Source: an uncultured bacterium (GTDB taxonomy: Bacteria; Macinerneyibacteriota; Macinerneyibacteria; Macinerneyibacteriales; DSCS01). From it: 17,506 nucleotides of DNA. Positions 1-6,590 of this stretch are shown one piece after another (positions within the stretch are counted from its first letter, which is position 1; every line of letters begins with the position of its first letter). The notes under the pieces are model-generated. The model saw only the letters and a list, made by a program, of their open reading frames with translations, did no database searches and was not told the origin of the DNA. Location: contig CAZJQC010000026.1 in assembly GCA_964548195.1 (NCBI GenBank), positions 1 to 17,506 on the forward strand, read 5' to 3'. A program made the position numbers and the translations under genes.

Positions 1-65
1 GTTATGCAGCAATAGTTAAAATTAGACATCTGGAAAAAAGACTTAACGAAATTGACAAACAATAG
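1..65 (+). CDS. 3' end of an upstream CDS (partial), ...YAAIVKIRHLEKRLNEIDKQ*
   Basis: Open frame from position 3 to TAG at 63-65; plausible charged C-terminal tail. Identity cannot be determined. Confidence 0.45.
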   Translation, partial: YAAIVKIRHLEKRLNEIDKQ

Positions 66-119
66 AAAAAAAAGTATAGGAACCATATTTACTGTCAGGT
101 GTAATGATTGTGAATATTG

Positions 120-284
120 ATGCAGGTTGATGGTGGATCTTTACTAGCAATAATCGGTGGTGTAGTAGTTGCTGCTGGTGCTGTACTAACTCTTGTAGAA
201 GCTGCTGAGCTAGCTGGGAAGGCTGTTGGGTCTCTAGTTGGTGGAATCCAGTATGGTGAATGGATCAATCCATTGGAGGACTGA
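120..284 (+). CDS. Double-glycine-leader bacteriocin-like peptide (class IIb lactobin A/cerein 7B-like), 54 aa, leader apparently truncated
   Basis: Manual translation: MQVDGG|SLLAIIGGVVVAAGAVLTLVEAAELAGKAVGSLVGGIQYGEWINPLED*. LMQVDGG resembles the end of a GG leader; core is Gly/Ala/Val-rich with GxxxGxxxG; CPBP genes and a C39 fragment follow. In-frame TGA at 111-113. Confidence 0.75.
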   Translation: MQVDGGSLLAIIGGVVVAAGAVLTLVEAAELAGKAVGSLVGGIQYGEWINPLED

Positions 285-292
285 TGAAAAAG

Positions 293-310
293 GGGAGGTT
301 TACACCTCCC
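293..310. terminator. Stem-loop after the peptide gene (GGGAGGT-ttac-ACCTCCC)
   Basis: Perfect 7-bp stem. A-run lies 5' of it and there is no good U-tract on +, so it may be a partial terminator or an mRNA-stabilising hairpin. Confidence 0.55.
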
Positions 311-332
311 TCCTAAATTTGAAAAGGATTGT

Positions 333-791
333 ATGGATAAACTTATAAAAAAACTTGGTCAAATAAATGTGCTCATTTATGTATTCATGAGTAATTTGAT
401 AATTTTATTTTTTACTTTAGTAATATCGACAATATTAAAGGTCGAGGTAGTGGCAAATGGGCCTATTAGTAAATTAGAAAGCGAACTACCTATTATTGTT
501 GTATATTTGCTGCTAATATTTTTAATGCCAATAGTTGAGACATATGTGTTTCAAAAATTAATAATTGATTTTATATTAAAAAAGAAGGGAGGAAAGGGGT
601 TTGCAATACTTATATCAGCAATTGTTTTTTCAATATTCCATTATTATAGTTTCACTTATATTTTTATGATTTTGCCCATCGGTATCGTTTTGGCCACTTC
701 ATATGTTGTCTATAAGTACAGCAAGAAGATAAATCCATTCTTTGTAGTGTTTATTATTCATATGATAAATAATATTATGGCTGTTTTATAG
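333..791 (+). CDS. CPBP (CAAX protease self-immunity/Abi) family intramembrane protease
   Basis: Multi-TM protein with motif 1 variant PIVETYVFQK, motif FSIFH (FxxxH) and HMINN (HxxxN). Confidence 0.85.
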   Translation: MDKLIKKLGQINVLIYVFMSNLIILFFTLVISTILKVEVVANGPISKLESELPIIVVYLLLIFLMPIVETYVFQKLIIDFILKKKGGKGFAILISAIVFSIFHYYSFTYIFMILPIGIVLATSYVVYKYSKKINPFFVVFIIHMINNIMAVL

Positions 792-809
792 ATTGAAAGG
801 AAACAAATT

Positions 810-1304
810 GTGAATTCAAAAAAACAAAAAATAAATAAATCATGTAATATACTGGCAGTAATAGTAAGTTCATCAATTATTATTATAGCATTGCATCTGA
901 TCTATTTTATAATATACAAGAATAATTATACTAATGAAGCAACTGTTTTAGGTCATTTTCTTGATTATTTTTACACCAGTAAAGATCATAGAGTTTATTC
1001 ATTAATAATAATGTTATCTTTTTTCCAATCTTGGTTTTTTCAACGTTTTTTGGTTGAATTACAATTCAAAATAAAAAAAAGTGAGAGGGTTTCATTTTTT
1101 ACTATAGTGGTCCCAAGTTTAATTTATAGCTTATTTCATTTTTTTCATTGGTCATATGTAATGTTATCTTTCTTAATAGGACTGATACTGACAGTATCAT
1201 ATTTAAAACTAAGGCTGGAAAAAGGAGGGTATTGGTATCTGTTAATGATATATATACTAAGTAATAGTGCTGTTTACGTTATTTATAGTAATTTTTATCA
1301 TTAA
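810..1304 (+). CDS. Degenerate CPBP-family paralogue (probable pseudo-protease)
   Basis: GTG start after AAAGG; same layout as the previous gene, but motifs read FFQSWFFQR, YSLFH and YILSN. Confidence 0.7.
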   Translation: MNSKKQKINKSCNILAVIVSSSIIIIALHLIYFIIYKNNYTNEATVLGHFLDYFYTSKDHRVYSLIIMLSFFQSWFFQRFLVELQFKIKKSERVSFFTIVVPSLIYSLFHFFHWSYVMLSFLIGLILTVSYLKLRLEKGGYWYLLMIYILSNSAVYVIYSNFYH

Positions 1305-1342
1305 ACGAAATTTTGGACTTGTTATAGGTAAAAGGATTTTCA

Positions 1343-1549
1343 ATGCAATACTTTTTAGCTGAATTTTTCAGAGAGATCATTAGGAATATCATTGAAATGG
1401 ATTCTGTGGTATTAATTATTGCATTAATGGTCTTTCTGGTTTTAGTATGCTGTAAGCTTTTTAAAACCAGGAAAACGTATTATTGTGTTAGACAGCATGA
1501 TATTACGGACTGCGGGCCGGCGTCTATTCCGCAGTCTTTTTTTGAATGA
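1343..1549 (+). pseudogene. Hydrophobic small ORF fused to a truncated C39 peptidase N-terminus (PCAT relic)
   Basis: KLFKTRKTYYCVRQHDITDCGPA matches the Q-x5-CG start of C39 peptidase domains (Gln 1493-1495, Cys 1511-1513). Similarity ends at ~1522 and a stop follows at 1547-1549. Confidence 0.8.
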
Positions 1550-1594
1550 TTGTTCCGAGTTCTAAAAGATCAAGAATCAGTAGAATCGAAAATG

Positions 1595-1681
1595 CGGGTC
1601 ATCCCCGAAATGTGACGCTTTGTCGGCCTATATTGCGGTTCGTCGGAAGGGCGTTGGAATAATCCATTTTTATGTTAGGAT
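1595..1681 (+). promoter_or_regulatory. Triple direct repeat (LytTR-like boxes) plus candidate extended -10 upstream of the propeller lipoprotein operon
   Basis: CGGGTCATC (1595), CGCTTTGTC (1616), CGGTTCGTC (1636), periods 21 and 20 bp; TG-n-TAGGAT at 1673-1681. Same layout recurs at 6483-6570. Confidence 0.55.
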
Positions 1682-1716
1682 ATAAACAATCATTTGGTTC
1701 TTATAAGGGGGCGGGG

Positions 1717-2787
1717 ATGAAACGGAGCTTTACATTTATTATTGTGCTGGCAGTTGTAACATTGTTGACCGCTTGCGCCGGGGGCAATGATATTGCTGAA
1801 AGATATGACGTTGTCATTGAAGAGATTGAGTTAATGGATTCAAGCTGGGCAGGTATGGGAGATGTGCTCTGCGGTTTTCGTAACGGGGAGTTTTATGCCA
1901 TGGTCAAAAAGAATAATGGCTATAAACTTCAATTCAGTGATGAAAAAGGCAATGTTACAAGGGAATACAATTTTGATAAGGGAAAAGGGCCGGGAGAAAT
2001 ATTTTTCCCCACCTCTTTGGCACTTACTGAACAAAATATCTGCATTTATGAAACTCTTATGCAGCGGATATCGTTATTCGATTTGGAGGGTGAGTTCATA
2101 GATTCATATCTGCTTGATGGTATTGGCGACTATGGAAGCATCACGGTTATTGACAATGCTATGTATTATCACGGCTTGGCGCTCACGTTTTTTCTTAAAT
2201 ATGATTTGAATATGGAGAAAGAGGTCAAACGCATTCCTCATAGTGAAAAAATGCGGAAAAGCTGGTTTGATATGGATGCGAGGCTGAAGACGCCCCTTGA
2301 AGGGGGGTGTTTGGTTGCGGGCCCTGATAAGAACCGTCTCTACATTGGTTACTGGAACATGCCGTACCGTGTCGATGAATTTGATCTTGACCTTAATAAA
2401 TTAAGGACATTTACGAGAACTTTGGACAGGAATTATAAACCGTTGCAGGGTACTTTCGGAGAGCGGCTGATTTCCGGGATCCAGTTTTATGATAACGAGC
2501 TGCTTGCATCATTTGGCACCGGTACTTACCTTGACGGGGATGATTATAAGGCATGCAGAGACCCCTTTTTCATCACGGTCTTTGACATGAACGACCCGGA
2601 GCGATACAGTGAGATCGTATGTGAAGAATTAAGTCCGGCTCTGGGAACCAGATTGATCGGCGTGGATGATGACTGGCTGTATGTATTGGTGATTGCTTTA
2701 CAGGAAGATATGGAAACAATCGTAGGAAAACCTGTGGAGACAGAAAAGCTTGTCTGGGCGCTTGCGAAGATCAAAAATCCGTTGTGA
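1717..2787 (+). CDS. Lipoprotein, 6-bladed beta-propeller-like (paralogue 1)
   Basis: ATG 1717 after a G-rich RBS gives MKRSFTFIIVLAVVTLLTAC (lipobox); motif GKGPGEI...IYETLMQRISLFDLEGEFI. Confidence 0.75.
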   Translation: MKRSFTFIIVLAVVTLLTACAGGNDIAERYDVVIEEIELMDSSWAGMGDVLCGFRNGEFYAMVKKNNGYKLQFSDEKGNVTREYNFDKGKGPGEIFFPTSLALTEQNICIYETLMQRISLFDLEGEFIDSYLLDGIGDYGSITVIDNAMYYHGLALTFFLKYDLNMEKEVKRIPHSEKMRKSWFDMDARLKTPLEGGCLVAGPDKNRLYIGYWNMPYRVDEFDLDLNKLRTFTRTLDRNYKPLQGTFGERLISGIQFYDNELLASFGTGTYLDGDDYKACRDPFFITVFDMNDPERYSEIVCEELSPALGTRLIGVDDDWLYVLVIALQEDMETIVGKPVETEKLVWALAKIKNPL

Positions 2788-2840
2788 AGAGGCAATGTAT
2801 CGGATTGAGTCATAAAAAAGAGAATGAAGGGTGACGGGGA

Positions 2841-3905
2841 ATGAGAGTGAAGCTGCCAAAATATTTATATGTGGTTCTATTGGCTGCGTTATTATTCACG
2901 GCTTGCGCGGGGGGCGGCAATGGCGGTTCGGCGGCTTTAACTGAGGAAGAGATGAGATTTTGTGAAAATGTCCAATCGCGCTCTGATATTTATAAAGAGT
3001 CAGAAACGATACGGCTGCACAACCCGAATCTGGCGCGCATCTCTGTCGAGATACAAACCAATGACAAATACATCATGATAGGTCAATTTTATGCCGGCGA
3101 TATCCATGTGTCTGTATGGGATAAAAACGGGAAATATATAGGGCCTGTCGGACTTCCCGGGAAGGGGCCCGGTGAGTATGATTCAGTTGGCGGTACATGT
3201 TTTGCCGGGGAAAACACAATTTATCTATTCGATCGTGCGTTGAATGTGTTAAGCAAATTTCAAATAACTGATGATGGAATTGAATATGAGGATCGTAAAA
3301 ACCTTGATGACTTTTTTGACTCATATGTAGATTTTATGTTCTTCAGAAATAACAGGTTTTATCTTGTGTCCTGTGCCGGCCCTAAAGGTACATACGGGCT
3401 GACTATCCTGGATAGAGATCTGAAGCTGGTGAAAAAGACAAGAAAGAGGAGCCGCAGATCCAGAAGCGCTAATTTGATATGCGCGGTATCTGATAAATAT
3501 ATCTGCTTTACCGGCCCCAGCAAATCATTTAGTGAACTGCATGAGCCGTATCTGTATTTGTATGATTTTGACGGAAACCTGGTGAAGAAGATAGATGTGG
3601 GGATGAAGAATATCTTCAATGTCGAATTTGACAGAAGCGGCCGCGTCTTGCTTATCACAACATTCAAAGATATCTATGAAAAGGGTAAGAAAAAAGAGTT
3701 TTATCTTTTTGATCTTAATGGAAACGAACTGAATCATTTCAGCTCACATGAGATACATGCCATGGTTGAATGGCACGGCAAGAACAAGACAGGGTTTAAA
3801 GCGGGCTCGAATATTTACATTTTGAAAGGCGCGGATGAACATGAGATGATATTCAAAGAATATATATTTGACTTAAGTGAACTCATTGAAGTTTGGGGGG
3901 TATAA
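2841..3905 (+). CDS. Lipoprotein, 6-bladed beta-propeller-like (paralogue 2)
   Basis: Lipobox FTAC followed by AGGG; motif WDKNGKYIG..GKGPGEY; blade-end repeats YDFDGNLV and FDLNGNEL. Confidence 0.8.
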   Translation: MRVKLPKYLYVVLLAALLFTACAGGGNGGSAALTEEEMRFCENVQSRSDIYKESETIRLHNPNLARISVEIQTNDKYIMIGQFYAGDIHVSVWDKNGKYIGPVGLPGKGPGEYDSVGGTCFAGENTIYLFDRALNVLSKFQITDDGIEYEDRKNLDDFFDSYVDFMFFRNNRFYLVSCAGPKGTYGLTILDRDLKLVKKTRKRSRRSRSANLICAVSDKYICFTGPSKSFSELHEPYLYLYDFDGNLVKKIDVGMKNIFNVEFDRSGRVLLITTFKDIYEKGKKKEFYLFDLNGNELNHFSSHEIHAMVEWHGKNKTGFKAGSNIYILKGADEHEMIFKEYIFDLSELIEVWGV

Positions 3906-3906
3906 A

Positions 3907-4926
3907 ATGAAACGTATTTTAGTGATTATGATGATTGTCGGCCTATTAGCCGGCTGCGGGGGCAAGGGATATAAAAAGATAACAGAGGACGCGAAACTCG
4001 AATGGAAGATAGAAGAATATAACTGGGCGCGCAGCGGTACTATTCAAAGCCTTTGTCTTGACAACAATCAGTTGTTTATACCATTGGTGGATAAGGATAC
4101 ATATGTGCTGAACCATTATGCTTTTGACGGCACGCTGAAGAAAAGTCTGCCGTTGAAAAGCGGCAAGGGGCCCGGGGAGGTCATGCAGCCGTGGGCTGTG
4201 ACGTTTGATGAGGAACATTATTATGTTTTCGACGGAAGGATGGAGCGGATAACGATTTTTGACCTTGAGGGAAATTACGTGGATGATTATGTCATGCATG
4301 AGTTTCCCGGGTGGATCCATTCGCTGCAGGTCCATAAGGATAAAATATATTTCTACGGGGCGTACCGGGAACATATGATCACCCGATATGACATGAAGTT
4401 TAACGAGGAGAGAAACCTGGCGAATGAAAAAACATTGAAAACACTGGAAAAAGGCGACAAGGGAGATATGGGCCAGATCGTCATCAACCATGACACCGAA
4501 GAGATATGTTTTGTAAATCACGGGCTGCCGTTTGAGATCAAAAAGTATGACCTGGATTTAAATCAGACAGGCGTGATGACAACGGATTTGACATATTCTT
4601 ATAAAGATTACACCTTCACCGGCAGGTCTTTCACAGGGGATCTGATTGTGGGCAACATGCAGCCGTACAAGAAATATATTTACGTGTGCGCGGGAAGCAG
4701 AGACCTTGGCCCCAACAAGCCGATATTCATCAATATATTCGATACGGAGACAGATGAATTGAAGTATCATATTATCTGCCCCAACCTGGAAAAGTGTTCT
4801 GAGATGGCTTCATTTTATATAATCGGTGTCGCGGAGCAAAAGATCTGGCTTCTGGTAAGCGAATATAACAGGGAGACAGGGATAATGGACATGGACATCA
4901 TGAGTGTCTCAAATCCCGTAAAATAG
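3907..4926 (+). CDS. Lipoprotein, 6-bladed beta-propeller-like (paralogue 3)
   Basis: ATG 3907, one base after the previous stop, gives MKRILVIMMIVGLLAGC (lipobox); motif GKGPGEV...FDGRMERITIFDLEGNYV. Confidence 0.8.
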   Translation: MKRILVIMMIVGLLAGCGGKGYKKITEDAKLEWKIEEYNWARSGTIQSLCLDNNQLFIPLVDKDTYVLNHYAFDGTLKKSLPLKSGKGPGEVMQPWAVTFDEEHYYVFDGRMERITIFDLEGNYVDDYVMHEFPGWIHSLQVHKDKIYFYGAYREHMITRYDMKFNEERNLANEKTLKTLEKGDKGDMGQIVINHDTEEICFVNHGLPFEIKKYDLDLNQTGVMTTDLTYSYKDYTFTGRSFTGDLIVGNMQPYKKYIYVCAGSRDLGPNKPIFINIFDTETDELKYHIICPNLEKCSEMASFYIIGVAEQKIWLLVSEYNRETGIMDMDIMSVSNPVK

Positions 4927-5078
4927 AGATCAGGTGAAACATTTTTGCATTGGATATTGTCTATATGACTGAATAAGGTATAACAGACATGAAAGGAACG
5001 GGATTTGTTTGATTGATTTTATCTTTACGGTGAAAATGTGAAAAAGAGCAATAACAAAAAACCGGAGGATAATTAACG

Positions 5079-5687
5079 ATGGACATCACATTAAGATTAG
5101 AGACAAAGGAAGATCACAGGGCAGTTGAATTTATTACACGGGAAGCGTTTTGGAATCTCCACAACCCGGGTTGTGACGAGCATCTCATCGTGCATAACAT
5201 GAGAGGGGCTGACGTTTTCGTGCCGGAGCTGGACTTTGTGGCTTGTATCGGCGACAGGGTCGTGGGCAATGTCATGTATACGAAAGCGCGCATTGTGGCC
5301 GAAGACGGCGGCGAGACTGAAGTGCTTTGTCTGGGGCCGTTGAGCGTGCTGCCTGAATTTCATGGCAGGGGCATAGGCTCAATGCTCGTGAGGCATTCGG
5401 TGGAGGCGGCAAAAAAGGCCGGCCATAATTCCGTGTTTTTGTTCGGGCATCCCGGCTATTATCCGCGCTTCGGGTTCAGGAATGCCAGGGAGTTTAACAT
5501 ACAGACTTCCTGGGGCGCGAACATAGACCCCTTCATGTGCATGGAATTGCATGAAGGCGCGCTGGACGGGGTGTCGGGTAAATACTTTGAGCCGGAAGTC
5601 TTTAAAACCGAAGGCAAGGAGCTGGAAGAGTTCGACAAACAGTTCCCGTTTAAGGAAAAAAGGGAATCCAGGCCCGATGATCTGTGA
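5079..5687 (+). CDS. GNAT family N-acetyltransferase (YhbS-like)
   Basis: LGPLSVLPEFHGRGIGSML acetyl-CoA motif and GHPGYYPRFGF; GGAGG RBS. Confidence 0.92.
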   Translation: MDITLRLETKEDHRAVEFITREAFWNLHNPGCDEHLIVHNMRGADVFVPELDFVACIGDRVVGNVMYTKARIVAEDGGETEVLCLGPLSVLPEFHGRGIGSMLVRHSVEAAKKAGHNSVFLFGHPGYYPRFGFRNAREFNIQTSWGANIDPFMCMELHEGALDGVSGKYFEPEVFKTEGKELEEFDKQFPFKEKRESRPDDL

Positions 5688-5693
5688 TTTCTC

Positions 5694-5719
5694 AGGGGGG
5701 CTTTAAGCCCCCCTTTTTT
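5694..5719 (+). terminator. Rho-independent terminator
   Basis: GGGGGGCT-tta-AGCCCCCC followed by TTTTTT, just after the GNAT stop. Confidence 0.9.
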
Positions 5720-5803
5720 GTGTATTTCCCGGGTTCGGTGTTATTATGACGTATTATGGATGTCATGGTTTTAAAAAGACGGCGGAAGGGTTATGATGTA
5801 TAT

Positions 5804-6046
5804 ATGAAAACATTTATGGCAATATTGACAGGTGTCGGGATATTCGTCCTGTTGTGGACGGCTCTTACCGTTGTGTTTATAATGATCACGATATTTGTGA
5901 TGTATCTGACGCGGGACACGTCGCATCTTGAAATGGGCTGGATGGCAATATTATTGCTTATGCCTGTGGCCTCCGTATTGCCGGCTTCCATACTGACGTA
6001 TGTCTGCGTCAGGAAGATCGGAAAAGGCAGTGACGCGCGGCAATGA
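5804..6046 (+). CDS. Small two-TM membrane protein (TRD-motif paralogue A)
   Basis: Two hydrophobic stretches around MYLTRDTSHLEMGW. Start 5804 chosen by alignment to paralogue B; 5756 is possible. Confidence 0.7.
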   Translation: MKTFMAILTGVGIFVLLWTALTVVFIMITIFVMYLTRDTSHLEMGWMAILLLMPVASVLPASILTYVCVRKIGKGSDARQ

Positions 6047-6145
6047 TGATAGGCCGGCATGAGGGCCCGGTCGCTTCCGGGCTGAGTTTCAAGGCCCTGT
6101 CATGGCGTATCCGCATTCTCAAAAACGCGATATTTATTAAAAATC

Positions 6146-6379
6146 ATGCGTGAAATATTTATCGGGGCGGCTTTTTTTCTTATGACGTGTTCGCTGTTTT
6201 ATGTCGCGGGCATATTATTGATACTTGCCTTTATGTTTATAACGCGCGACATACTGCCCATGGGACTGGGCTGGGCATTTGTGTTTATTATCGTGACGTT
6301 GATGATACTGCCTCTTGCCGGTGTTTTCACATATAAGTTTATGAAAAGACGAAACGCAAAGGAAAAAGCCGGCTCCTGA
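6146..6379 (+). CDS. Small two-TM membrane protein (TRD-motif paralogue B)
   Basis: MFITRDILPMGLGW...LPLAGVFTY aligns to paralogue A; basic C-terminal tail. Confidence 0.7.
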   Translation: MREIFIGAAFFLMTCSLFYVAGILLILAFMFITRDILPMGLGWAFVFIIVTLMILPLAGVFTYKFMKRRNAKEKAGS

Positions 6380-6482
6380 CGTTCGCGGCCTGTTTTCAGA
6401 TGCGGGAGAGTTCCGCCACTGTCTTTAGACTCCCTTTTTTATCTTTTGATATTTATTTGAGCCGCCGGGCGGCGGCTGTAAT

Positions 6483-6570
6483 CCGTTCATCCGTCTATAA
6501 TGCGGTTCAGCAGGGTATTTTGTCGTCTTGTCGGAAGTAGGTATAATGCCGCTTCAAATGCGGTTATAAT
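6483..6570 (+). promoter_or_regulatory. Triple direct repeat (LytTR-like boxes) plus -10 upstream of propeller lipoprotein 4
   Basis: CCGTTCATC (6483), CGGTTCAGC (6503), CGTCTTGTC (6524), periods 20 and 21 bp; TATAAT at 6565-6570. Confidence 0.55.
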
Positions 6571-6590
6571 TAATCTGAAAAGGAGACGAG

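Noticed and set aside
6400..6440. CCGCCACTGT and GGAGAG resembling cobalamin or glycine riboswitch fragments
   Set aside because: The other conserved elements are absent; at most a weak GGGAG...CTCCC-T6 terminator.
6460..6477. GC palindrome AGCCGCC-gggc-GGCGGCT
   Set aside because: Single copy with no U-tract; no function can be supported.
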